64,000 bases of DNA from Camelus dromedarius (GCF_036321535.1 NC_087436.1:119352001-119416000); one strand, 5' to 3'. Shown: positions 38,090-50,659, numbered from the stretch's first letter. Made by a program: numbers and translations. Notes: generated from the letters alone by a model not told the origin.

Positions 38090-38905
38090 AATTAATATCT
38101 GCCTGTTGACATCAAGGCCTCCAAAGGTGTCAAAACTAATCATTACAGGTTTGGAAGGAACTTCTGCCTTGACTCTGGAAGTTTTGGGGCAGGCAGACTT
38201 GACAAACTCATTAAGTCATTTTGGTTCATGAATCACCCTCACAGCTGCTTTTCCCAACTTCTCTGCAAGCCTGTAGAATGGAAGTTACCTGTTACAGTTA
38301 AGGATCTTTATTTCCCACGTCCTCTTCATGGTTATTTTGCTGTCCAGCAAGCCGTGAGCCTACCTTTCAAGGGCGCAGTTTATTTGTTTCTAATCTGAGG
38401 TCAGTATCATGAGCTAAGCTAAGAGTATAGCCCTTTGCTTCTATTTTGGTTGAAACACAGCCCTTGCTCACCTAGTAACAGAGCTAATTGTAATAACTTT
38501 CTTTCATGTTAGTATTAGTCAAGATGAGGCAATATAAAGTCCATGAGTGCAGAATTTTGTGAGAAAGTATTTTTGGAGTCTAAACAGATGTTCTCTCCTT
38601 CTGGTGTAATTAATAGGTACCCAGGGGATTTCAGTCTCATAATTAAGTGCCTCCAGAGCACTGTCAGTGCTGAGATGAACTCCTCTCAGCTCTCAGCCCA
38701 ATGCTGATGTAGTTTAGCCAGAGAATTCCCTCTGGCACACTGAAGAGATAGATTTTTATTAAAATGGCAAACTGGTATAGAGTTCTTTTTAAGCCACAAA
38801 AACCTGTTTAATTCCTGATTAAATTTACTTGAGAAACTTTTAAAAACACAAGCATTTATTAACTAGATATAAGACAAATCTTTCTGAATTTTTGTTTCAT
38901 AACAG

Positions 38906-38987
38906 AAGAGAAGATTCACAAAAAATTAGAGGGGTCTCCCTCTCCAGAGGCAGAATTATCCCCTACAGCAAAGGATCAAGTGGAAAT
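38906..38987 (+). CDS. KIAA0232: KIAA0232 coding exon 4 (82 nt, phase 1-2)
   Basis: aacag|AA GAG AAG; EEKIHKKLEGSPSPEAELSPTAKDQVE(M); donor AAT|gtatgt keeps frame with the next exon. Confidence 0.93.
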
Positions 38988-39505
38988 GTATGTAAGCTTG
39001 TACTCAGTAATAAAGTGTGCATTTGTTAAAATCAGACTAATGACTGCTGCATGGTTTACAGTGTTTGTCATCTTCTATTTAGTTTGATATTTTATAACCC
39101 AGGAAACATTTATTGAGCACTTATTGTGTACTTGACACTGAGAATTCGAAGGTGAATAAGACGGTCTTAGCCTTTTTAGACATGTTAAATCAGTATTTGA
39201 AATGAACCAATCAGACAAGCAAGGTTGTTATTTATGATCCATTCATATATGACCTTTGACATCCACGCCAGTCCTTTGAGACAGTGGTGAGAAATTATGC
39301 TTGCTCTTGTTTTACACACAAGGAAGCCAAGCAAGTCATTGACCTCGTCAGACTTGTTTCCTGAAGATGCTTTTCTGTCTTTCTCTGTAAATGGTTAGTA
39401 TTAAAATTGGCTGCACTGTAAGCAGACTTCCTTATTATACATTTTATTTGAATCTTATGAACTCCTAAGTCTTAAGGAAAAAACAGCATTCAGTTGGTTG
39501 TGTTG

Positions 39506-39819
39506 CATGCTCTGTCCGGCATGGTAACCACAGCCGTGTGTGCCTGTTGACCATTTGAGATGTGGCTGCTTCAAATTGAGATGTGCTGTATGTGTTATAC
39601 TCACCAGAGTTCAGACTTCATATACAAAAGAATGTAAAATATTGCATTAGTATTTTAAATTATTGATTACATATGAAATGCTAATGTGGATATATTTGGT
39701 TAAGTGAAATACACTGTTGAAGTTAATTTCACCAGTTTCTTCTTACATTTCTATTGGGAGTCCCAGAACATTGAAAATTACTTGTGAAGCTCACAGTACA
39801 TTTCTATTGGACAGTGCTG
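39506..39819. mobile_element. MER33-like hAT-Charlie MITE
   Basis: Ends catgctctgtcc / ggacagtgctg form a degenerate TIR; internal aattgagatgtgctgta and tgaagttaatttcacc motifs; about 315 nt. Confidence 0.8.
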
Positions 39820-40269
39820 GTATAGACTGAAAAGGAGAGTCGAGTCTAGGCCCACCTTGGTAGCCAGACTGACTCTCAAGTCTTCCTTTGGCAGGCTGTC
39901 TTGCTCTGAAACCTTCAATGGCTACTAGTTTCCTGCAAACTCTTCTTTCTTGTTTTCAAGCCCTCTGAAACCAGCCTTCCTGGTTGTCCTGCCCTGTATT
40001 TCCAGCAGTTGTTGGTCTAGTGGGGCTTCAGTTCCATGAGCACAGCATCTTCGTGTCCTCACACAGGGTCCCAGGCCTCACAGTCAGTACTCACCAAACT
40101 GCTGCATGGCTGACACTTGAAGTCTCCACTGTGGTCCACTTTCTCTAATTGTTCTAGGCCTCACCAGCATCCTCTTTTCTGAGCGCTTGAATACCACGAC
40201 CCCTGCCATTTCTGAGGGCCTGCTTGATGCTGGGCATTGCCCTGGCCTCCTGGGAAAAGGCCATGATAG

Positions 40270-40680
40270 CAGCAGTAATCACTGGGGTGCTCTCTGTCTC
40301 ATTTCGCATATTAATGCCTTTACTGACAGCTCTCCAAGGCAGATACTATTACCCCATTTTGTAGGCCACAGAGAGGTTAAGGACCATGCCTAAGGTCACA
40401 CAGCTAGTAAGTGGCAAAGTCAGGATTCAAACTTAGGGAGTGTGGCTTCAGAGCTCATGCTCTCGACTGCTTTGTTATCCAGCTTTTCACCTACACCTGT
40501 TTCCAGTGCTCACAACAGCCTTGTGAGGTAAGTCATACTACCACCATTTTACAGTTGAGGAAATGGACTGAGACCCCACATGATAAGCTTAAAGTCACAG
40601 GCACAGTCAGTGACTGAGCTGAGGTTCAAACCCACATATCTCTTATCAAAAGATTACATTCTCTCCACTGTATTATGTCT
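40270..40680. mobile_element. Two tandem MIR copies
   Basis: ccccattttgtag...cagagaggttaaggaccatgcctaaggtcacacagctagtaagtggc; second copy accattttacagttgaggaaa...ctgaggttcaaaccc. Confidence 0.8.
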
Positions 40681-40969
40681 CTCATTTGTGACTTCTTAGT
40701 TAGAATCCAAACACTAAACACCATCCCTTGCATGTCTTCTAAATACCCTTATAATGCTTATCCCAGTGCTGAACATAAAGGTGCTTGATCCATAGAACTA
40801 AATATAAGACATATTTTACTGTATTATTAATTGTTTAAGTTAGTAATTTATGGACGATGTAAACATTGACTGCTGAGATGAAATATCCCATTTCTCTGAT
40901 TGGTGATGTTGTTTTACTGTATCTGATACATCTGAGTGCCCACTTTTGAATTCTCTACTTGTTTTTCAG

Positions 40970-43900
40970 GTACTATGAAGCATTCCCACCACTTTCTGAG
41001 AAACCAGTTTGCCTGCAAGAAATCATGACTGTGTGGAACAAGTCTAAAGTCTGTTCTTACTCTAGCTCTTCTTCGTCATCCACAGCCCCGCCAGCTAGCA
41101 CAGACACGTCCTCCCCCAAGGACTGCAACAGCGAAGGTGAGGCCGCCAAGGAGAGACGCAGTGATGTGCCCACCACCGTGCACGAGAAAGCCCAGAGCAA
41201 AAGTCACAGCGAGAAGGAGGCCACGTTTAGGGATGGCACAGGTGCAGAGAAGCCTGCTCTGTACAGAAAGCAGACTCGACACAAGCCCGAAGGGAAGGGC
41301 CGCCCTCGCTCCTGGTCTTCCGGCTCCAGCGAGGCAGGCTCGAGCTCCAGTGGTAACCAGGGAGAGCCGAAGGCATCCGTGAAGTGCGTGAAAGTGAGGC
41401 ACAAGACACGGGAAATTCGAAACAGAAAAGGGCGGAACGGGCAGAGCAGGCTCTCACTGAAGCATGGCGAGAAGGCGGAGAGGAGCCTGCAGGCCGGGGG
41501 CGGCAGCAGCAGCAGCAGCGGGTCCGTCAAGCAGCTGTGCAGGCGGGGTAGGAGGCCGCTGAAGGAGCCGGGGCGAAGAGACACTGGGAGCACTGAGGGG
41601 AGGGACCTGTGTGCAGAAAGCAGGAACGACAGAGAGTACAAGGAGGAGCCGCTGTGGTACACCGAGCCGATTGCGGAGTATTTTGTTCCTTTGAGCAGAA
41701 AAAGTAAACTAGAGACCACATACCGAAACAGACAAGACACAAGTGATCTGACATCTGAGGCAGTAGATGAATTGTCTGAATCAGTGCACGGTCTGTGTAT
41801 CAGCAACAATAATATTCATAAAACATACCTCGCAGCGGGTACTTTCATTGATGGTCATTTTGTAGAAATGCCTGCAGTTATAAATGAGGACCTTGACCTC
41901 ACTGGGACCTCATTCTGTTCTCTACCAGAGGACAACAGATACTTGGATGATATTCATCTGTCAGAATTAACGCACTTCTATGAAGTGGATATTGACCAAT
42001 CCATGTTGGATCCTGGTGCCTCAGAAACAATGCAAGGAGAAAGTCGGATTTTGAATATGATTCGACAGAAAAGCAAAGAGAAAACAGATTTTGAGGCAGA
42101 ATGTTGCATAGTGTTAGATGGAATGGAGTTGCAAGGGGAACGTGCAATATGGACAGATTCCACCAGCTCTGTGGGCGCCGAGGGCTTCTTCCTACAAGAC
42201 CTTGGCAATCTGGCTCAGTTTTGGGAGTGCTGTTCGTCCAGCTCTGGCGATGCCGATGGAGAGAGCTTTGGAGGAGACTCTCCTATTAGACTCTCCCCGA
42301 TCTTAGACAGCACGGCGCTCAGTCCACATTTGCTTGCTGGCAATCAAGAGCTCTTTTCAGATATTAATGAAGGATCTGGCATAAACTCTTGTTTTTCAGT
42401 GTTTGAAGTGCAATGCAGTAATTCTGTTTTACCATTTTCTTTTGAAACACTCAATTTGGGAAATGAAAATACAGATTCTAGTGCTAATATGCTTGGGAAA
42501 ACACAGTCTAGATTGCTAATATGGACCAAAAATAGTGCCTTTGAAGAAAATGAACACTGTTCTAATCTTTCAACGAGAACTTGTAGTCCATGGTCCCATT
42601 CAGAAGAAACACGTTCAGACAATGAGACATTAAATATTCAGTTTGAAGAATCCACACAGTTTAATGCAGATGATATTAATTATGTAGTTCCTAGAGTCTC
42701 GTCAAATTATGTAGATGAAGAACTTCTAGATTTTTTGCAAGATGAAACTTGCCAGCAAAACAGAACTTTAGGAGAAATTCCAACGTTGGTTTTCAAAAAA
42801 AAATCTAAACTAGAATCTGTCTGTGGTATTCAGCTGGAACAAAAACCAGAAAACAAAACCTTTGAAACTACACATGTTTGTAGTGAAAGCAGTCCTCATG
42901 GAGATGGCTACAGCTCAGGGGTAATTAAAGACATTTGGACAAAGATGGCAGACAGAAACTCTGTAGCTACGGTAGAAACAGAGAGAATTGATGACGAGTT
43001 GTTTTCGACAGATGTAAATAACTACTGCTGCTGTTTGGACGCCGAAGCTGAAGTGGAGCCACTCCAGGAGCCCAGTAAGGCCGTGCAGAGATCAGAGTAC
43101 CACCTGTGGGAGGGGCAGAAGGAGAACCTGGAGAAGGGGGCTTTTGTTTCTGGTGAGCTGTCAAAGGTGGACGGCGGTGATTATACCACCCCCTCTAAAC
43201 CTTGGGATGTGGCCCAGGATAAAGAGAACTCCTTCATTCTCGGAGGAGTTTATGGAGAGCTCAAATCCTTTAACAGCGATGGGGAGTGGGCAGTTGTGCC
43301 GCCCGGCCACACGAAAGGAAGTTTGTTACAGTGTGCAGCTTCCGACGTGGTGACAATAGCTGGTACAGATGTCTTTATGACCCCAGGGAACAGCTTTGCT
43401 CCTGGCCACAGGCAGTTATGGAAGCCCTTCATGTCATTTGAACAGAATGATCAGCCGAAGACTGGGGAAAATGGGTTGAATAAGGGATTTTCTTTTATCT
43501 TCCATGAAGACTTACTAGGAGCTTGTGGTAACTTTCAAGTTGAAGATCCTGGACTTGAATATTCATTCTCTTCCTTTGACTTAAGCAATCCATTTTCACA
43601 AGTTCTTCATGTAGAATGTTCATTTGAACCTGAAGGGATTGCATCTTTCAGCCCTAGTTTTAAACCGAAATCAATCCTCTGCTCTGATTCAGACAGTGAA
43701 GTGTTCCACCCCAGGATATGTGGCGTTGACAGAACACAGTACAGGGCCATCCGCATCTCTCCTAGGACTCACTTTCGCCCAATTTCTGCATCTGAACTGT
43801 CCCCAGGAGGAGGAAGCGAGTCAGAATTTGAATCTGAAAAAGATGAAGCAGCCATTCCCATTCCTTCTCAAGTTGATGCATTTGAAGATCCACAGGCAGA

Positions 43901-44252
43901 TCTCAAACCACTGGAAGAAGATGCAGAGAAAGAAGGCCATTACTATGGAAAATTAGAGCTTGAGTCTGGAAAATTCCTTCCCAGGTTAAAAAAGTCCGGA
44001 ATGGAAAAGAGTGCTCAGACATCACTGGATTCCCAGGAGGAATCAGCTGGGATTCTGCCAGGAGGAAAGCAGAATCCGTGTTTGGAGTGTAGCATGAATG
44101 ACGCTCTGGAAATCGATCTAGAAAGCTCAGAAGCAAATTGTAAAATAATGGCACAATGTGAGGAAGAAATTAATAATTTTTGCAGTTGCAAAGCAGGTTG
44201 TCAGTTGCCTGCTTATGAAGATAACCCAGTTTCTTCAGGACAGCTGCACGAG
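40970..44252 (+). CDS. KIAA0232: KIAA0232 coding exon 5, giant 3283-nt internal exon (phase 2-0)
   Basis: Lies within the 1124-aa ORF 40959-44333; acceptor gtttttcag|G TAC TAT; donor GAG|gtatgt. Confidence 0.97.
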
Positions 44253-47200
44253 GTATGTGTCAGTATGTATTGGTATTTGATAAAAGGATTTGATCAGACT
44301 TTAATCTTAAAGAACAGCCATTTCAGGCAGTGAAGTTTTGGGTTAAATTATTGGGACTTTGGTTTAAATGTCATAAAACTTAGGATTCTTACGATTTTAC
44401 ATAAGGACTTAAAATGGATTTGATATTTATAAATTTGAACTAGATAGACATTTTCTGCAGAGAAAAGACATTTTTAAGTAAATCACAGGATATAAGATTT
44501 TTATGTGATGTCTTAATGTGCATATACTATGCTTAAAGCAAAATCTAATATGTGAGTGCTCCAGTTCTCAAAGTCAGTGAATCAGGAGGTGGCTGTTTCC
44601 TCTTCAGAAGGCCCTTTGCTCTTCGGAAGTGGCAGGGAAGGGTTTCTTTAAGTAGCAAGCCCATCTGCCTCTGAAACATTGATTCCTTCATTGAAACTTA
44701 TGTTTTTTATGTAAAATAAATTATATCTATATAGAATTCTCTAAAATATATTGTGGTATGTGTAAAAATTAACCCACAGTCCGAATGCAAAAAGTAACTT
44801 CTACAGAACAGATGTTACCTTGCTTTATACAAAGTGCATAGTCCTGAAGCTACGTGAATTACACAGGTAAGTCTATCAAGTGAGGCTAACAACGATCTTT
44901 TTGTTAATGGGAGTCACTGTACCATTTGATTATTCCTAAGAAGTCATTTGAGTTTAAATTGAGTTTACAAGAAATAACACTTAAGGCAGTAACCTGTTTG
45001 ACCAAAAAGCATAGCAATCAGCCCATTTCTCATCCACTATTTGATACGGCAGTGCCTGGCTTTGTTCCAGGAGCAGTTTATTAAAAAGACCGCTAGAGGT
45101 GTTTAGAAGTCCCGCCACCTGTAGCCGGAGAGCAGCAGCGTGTCCCCTCCCTCCCCTCTGTCCTGCACAAGCCCACCCGTCTTGTGCCCCTCTGGGTCCT
45201 GCCCACACCTTGAGGCCCTGTCAGCTCCCACCTCCTTCACTGCTGCGTCCCTCATTCCTCTTCTCTCCCCTGCTCCACCCCCACCCACATCAGAAGTCAT
45301 TTCTCCCTTCTTTTAAGTTTTATGTGCTTTATGCCTCTTATTTTTTTAATTGCACTTGCTGTTTTTCATGAGTCATTTATGTCTTTCTCTCGTTAGATTA
45401 CAAGCTCCTCGTGGCTAGGATCACGCCTTACTGGTGGCCGGTCTGTGCCCAGGTGTGGACCTGTGCGCGCATGGTGGGGGGAAGCCGCCAGGGGACTGGA
45501 GAGGCACTGCTGTGATTAGCTTGCCTGGGGGTCCTTAAAGAGACATGCATTGAATCCCATGGAAACACTGAAATCTGAACTGCTCAGAACAAAGAAACAA
45601 TGTTGTTAGCTTTACCTGTTTGATTCTTGCCCCACTTTTCATCCTTAAATGTTCCTTCACGTACTTTGTATTTTACCTGGTTCCAGATGGGGAAGAAAGA
45701 AAAAGAGGAAAGAAGCGAGATTCTGCATCATACCACTGCCGTAGTCCTTCGCTTTCTAGTATGTTGATGTATTGATGTTGCAGAGTTCTGGGTTGTCTCG
45801 GAAGGTCTTAGCTGCCGGTGACGTCCTCAGAGGACACTGGGCTGAGAGGCCGGCTGCCGTCGCCTCTCAGCAGCATCACTTATGTTCGGGGCCAGGGCGG
45901 AGCTTGCTTCAGATTCATCTGAGGTGCAGAAAGGTTGAGAGAGCCTTAAGGGACAGTTTGGGGCCAGGCTGGGACTAGAATCTGTGCCTTTTCACTCTCA
46001 TGCTGCCTGTCAGTCTTGGGGAGTTCCTGTGAGGGTCTTCTCCCCCACTTTCCTGAGTGAGGACAGTCCTTACAAACGGCGATCTGGAAGCCCTGTTTTA
46101 AAAGTCACTGGTTGCCAACCTGTTTCAGAGCAAGAGGTCTAAAATGTAGGATTTCCAGAAGAATTGGTGCCCAGGAACATAAATTATGATTCTTTTCAAA
46201 ACTTCGGTTCAGTTCAATTCAGCAAAACAGTCATTAAACATTGAGCTGTTCCATGTCCATCTGTGAGATGAGAGGCCCTGAATGAACAAGACACTCTCCC
46301 TGCCCTGAGAGAATTCAGGCTGGTCATGAAGACCAATTTGTGAACAGATCATTTATTTTCATTGAAATAGGTAATTCACTCCCATGGTTCAAATTCAGAA
46401 GTTACAGGAGGGTATATGCATGGTGAACCAGTTCCCCCCCTCCCCAGCAGCAACCACCAGTGTGGGCCCTGGGGTGTACCCTCCAAGGACACTGTTTACA
46501 GGTATAAATAAATACATGTTCACATTTGTTTTCTTCTGTTTATTTAAACTGAAATGGCACTTTCCTATAATTACACTTCCTTTTTTACTTTCTGCATGCT
46601 ATTCCTTTGTGTTGATGTACTAGAATTTCCTAGGCAGTTCTTTACCTTTTAGGGCATTTGGGCCAACATAGTTCTATGTACCATGGTAGGTGGCGTGGGG
46701 AAGGTGGGCACAGGAAGCCATGGGAACCCAGAGGAGAGCTGGGCCACCCTGGGAGAGCTGAGGAAGGCTTTTTGGACATACCTGAGCGTCCAGGGCAGAA
46801 AGGAGTGGGCAGGACGTTCTAGGCAGAAGGAATAGCGTACACGAGGGTTAAGAGGCTTGCAGTCTCTCAGGTGCTCAGGAAAGGTGCCAACAGTTAAGGC
46901 GTGGCTTCTGAAGTTCGCAGTGACAGGTGAGGAGCCTAGTGTGCCACTGGCATCCATTTGTGCACAGATTTGTGGCAGAGGTGTTCTCTTTGTCATTGGC
47001 TTGATTGCTGACTCCGTGCTGTGCGCTTTAAGGTGCAGGGAAGCAGCACGAATCCTGGTCTCGTCCTCAGGAATTCATGGCCTCGTCCAGGAGAGGAGGC
47101 CGTTTTGCCCAGCAGACAAGGGCCGTGGGAGTCAGAAGGCCCTGAGGAGTAGGTGTGAAGGCCACCCTGGGGGATGGCTACCAGCCGGCTTCTGCCAGGC

Positions 47201-47694
47201 CCTGTGCCAACTCTGCTTTGTCACCATCATGCTCCTGAGTGCCCATAGTGACTTTCTGTGGTGGTTCATTTACCCTTGTGACTGCTGAGGACACGGAGGC
47301 CCAGAGCCCAAGTTCTTCCCTAACTTTATGACGGTCAGTGCTGTGTCTCTTGTCTCTGTTGCACACGGTATCTCGCCATTTATGTTTCCTTTCTCCTCTT
47401 CCAAAGAACAAGGGAGGCTTTCTTTTCCTTTTGTGACCCAAGTAACAGAGAACTGACTGTGGCAAGGGGGCACTATTCAGGGTTCTATTCCCAGAGTAAA
47501 ATTCAAGGAGGAATACCCAACCTTTCCCTTCTAAATTCTAACCTGAACTAAGAACAGTTAGTGAAAATTTAAAGCAGTGAGCCTTCGCCTAACTTCTGTC
47601 TTCTAAAGAATTGCTGAGTATTACGTCTTTTGCTAAAGACATTTCTGGTCAGGTTTTCTGGGTTAAGTCCATGTCCTCTCTCCTTTTTTTCACT

Positions 47695-48000
47695 GTTTCA
47701 TTCATTCATCAAATACTAAGAGCCTACTAAGTCCAGGTGCTGGGCATAAAGGAACAGACCACGATCTCTGCATTTGTGGAGGTGCGTGCAGTGAGCGACG
47801 TGAAGGGACAGAGTGTGCTAGGACACCAGTGCCATGGAAAAGAAGAGCCGGATAAGGAGTGTCGGGGGCGGGGGTGCTTGGAGGAGTTTCCACGGGAACC
47901 ACGGTATCAGGGCGGGCTTCCTCGCAAAGGTGCAACTTGAAGGAGGGCTTGCAGGTGGAAAGTGAGCCAAGCAGCTGCCTGGAGGCAGAGGGGAGCGGGG
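47695..48000. mobile_element. L2 3' end
   Basis: ttcattcattcatcaaatactaagagcctactaagtccaggtgctggg. Confidence 0.7.
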
Positions 48001-48647
48001 CTGAGGCAGAAGTGGGCCTGGTCATCCCAGGTTGTGCTCTGTTCTCTTTTCCTATTTCTCCATTCTTTCTTCATTCTTTTCATTCTCAGCTAAACCAGAA
48101 GTTGAATTAATACATTAAACACTATTTAAGCAAAGCATGGCCATCTTTGCTGTGTAGCCTAAAAGTTGGAAATAACTAAGTGGAAATACGTCAAAATAAT
48201 GTATATTCATTGACTCCGTATTCAGTGTAGCGTAAAACAGGGTCAGTCAGTCCCTGCCATTGGAATTGACACTCAGATCTTAAAACTGCCAGAAGCTGGC
48301 GTGATCGGACGGTGTGAGCAGGAGAGAGAGGGAGACAGAGGTGTGCTCAGTGATCAGGGACTTCGACAGGTGGAACCTCTTCTTAAGGCTGGCAGACACT
48401 GAGCATGTGCTTTGTTCTGGGCCCTGTTTCTGGAGGTGCAAAGGTAAATAAGACCTGGCCCCTGCTCTGCAGAAGCTCACCGCCTTGTTCTGCTTGGATC
48501 TGACCTCCTCCTGTTCATGCTGATCCAGCCCCCCGGCTGAACCCTGACCCTTCCAGCCTGCTTGTCCCACCATGTCCTGTCCATCCTGATGAGTTCTCTC
48601 CTTTTTCTTACCCTTTACCCCATTCTCACAGTCTCGAGAGGATTAAG

Positions 48648-48760
48648 GGAGGAGGATATAGCTCAGTGGTAGAGAGCATGCCTAGCATGCATGAGGTCCT
48701 GGTTCAGTCTCCAGTACCTCCATTAAAAAATAAATAAATAAACCTAATTACACCCCCCGG
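48648..48760 (+). mobile_element. tRNA-Ala-derived SINE (vic-1-like), sense orientation
   Basis: ggaggatatagctcagtggtagagagcatgcctagcatgcatgaggtcctggttcagtctccagtacctcc, then the aaataaataaataaacctaattac tail. Confidence 0.9.
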
Positions 48761-50528
48761 GTTTTGGGGTTTTTTTTTTTTAAAGAATTAAAAGATAAGC
48801 AATCTCATTACACTCATGTGAATAAAGCTCTGGTCCTTCCACAGCCTGCCCCCAGACATTTTCTTTCTCAAGTAAGAACTTGTTACCCTCAAATCCATCT
48901 CTCCTCAGTATTGCCTTGGGGATGATGGACAGAGTTCTGTCCAGGTGACGTCCTTACTCACCTTGAGCAGACTACGTAATCTTCCCACAGAATAGGTCTG
49001 CCTTGGAAGAGAGTGCAAGGCCTTTCCAGGATGGTTTCACGGTGCTGTGAATTACGTGCCGAATGCAGTAATCACCTTGAATTAACTGCAGACCTTGCAT
49101 ATTGCTGGCTTTATTTGCATTAAGCCTGGCCTTTTCGGCGCTGTTGGCCTTGGTACCTATTTGTCTAATAACTACTAATTTTTATTGTTAGAATAATCCG
49201 CAGGAGAAAATGGTGAAAGTTAACTGACCACTCTGGGTAGATAGTACAGTTCTCCTTCGGTTTTTAATTTAGGAGTGTGTCTGAAAAGTTAAGTGAAAAT
49301 GAAAATTTGAAGTGCATTTCCCATTTAGTTAAGTAATAAAAAAATTACTGAATCAAAAAAATTTTAATAAAAAGTACTTTATCTTTAAGAGATAACAAAA
49401 TCCTATTAGAGAATTGAAGATCATTAGTTGCTAAGATAGTTCAGGTTTTAAACTTGAACACATAATGAAATGTCTTGTAGAACAATAAAGATGCAGGCTG
49501 TTGACAGGTCCTGGCCGCTGACTGAGCAGACACTTGCTGAGACAGAGGGGCTGTGGGAGGTACAGAGATGCCCATGCCAGGCCTTACCCTGGGAGGGCCT
49601 GGCATCAGGCACAGCGCGGAGGGAACGTGCAGAGGTTGCCCCAGCCCCCAGCAAACCAGGGTTTACCTGTGATGGCCGCAGAGGGCCACATCTTCTAATG
49701 ACCACTCATGAGGACACTCCTTGATCATGAGGGACACTAGCCACATTGCATCTCGTCCTCACTGCCCAGGCAGGTGGGTGAGGTCCAGCTGGGATTTGGG
49801 AGCTCAGCCAATAAAGGATGGAGCCTCCGTTCGAACTTGGGTCTCCCTTCCAGACGTGAGTGCCTTCCACGCTGCCAGGGCCATGGTCATGTTCGGAGTA
49901 TGGGGTCTCCTGCTCTCAGGAGTCCTGCCCTCCTCTCATTTCAATGTCTGTTTCCTGTTTTGAATTTGAGTTACTGTCAGCTTTATTATTTGGTTTTAGT
50001 CTCAGCTTCCTTCTGGTTCTCACCGAAGCAGATAATTCTGCTGTAAAAGACATGAGGTTGTTAACTCACTTATAGAGTTACTTCCTTCTGTTCCATTTTC
50101 TCTTTGACTCCCTCCTTCTTGAGTGTGTGAAGGAGCAGAGGGGCCTCCCTGTTTCTCTAGGGCCCCTCACACTAGTGGAGGCTTTGCGCTACCCCGTTCT
50201 CTCTCTGCACTTCCAAAATCCAGGAATTTGCTTTACCTGAGTGTATTTCCTGTTACGTTTTTGCCTCTCTTACAGAGTTTTGTTGCATTTTTTAGAAAGA
50301 TTTTTTTTTGTTTCATTTCCAATGTAAGAGCGTCTTAAGAGAAACTTCCTTTATAGGCTGTGAACACTTTGGCTTTTTTATTCACCTTGTCTAGAACAGT
50401 AAAAAAAAAAAAAAAACCCAACAATTTAAAAGTCCTGGGTTTGTAATCCATAGGTAATAAAGCTTGAATTTTTTTTCTTTGTTTTGAAAGTTTGTAAACT
50501 TTTTCTGTATTTGGTTTAACCTAAACAG

Positions 50529-50637
50529 TTGCCTGTATTGAACACTGATGTACAAGGAATGAATACAAGTCAAGAAAAACAGACCTGGTGGGAAAAAGCC
50601 TTGTACTCTCCTCTTTTTCCTGCGTCAGAGTGTGAAG
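50529..50637 (+). CDS. KIAA0232: KIAA0232 coding exon 6 (109 nt, phase 0-1)
   Basis: aaacag|TTG CCT GTA; LPVLNTDVQGMNTSQEKQTWWEKALYSPLFPASECE; donor AAG|gtaagg. Confidence 0.94.
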
Positions 50638-50659
50638 GTAAGGAGGCCTGTATTGGGTC

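Noticed and set aside
41204..41809. 201-aa antisense ORF and neighbouring overlapping ORFs
   Set aside because: Shadow of the GC-rich coding strand; no independent start, splice or homology evidence.
48655..48722. tRNA-Ala-like sequence as a real tRNA gene
   Set aside because: Broken acceptor stem and T-arm, followed by the SINE-specific tail, with three sibling copies in the window.
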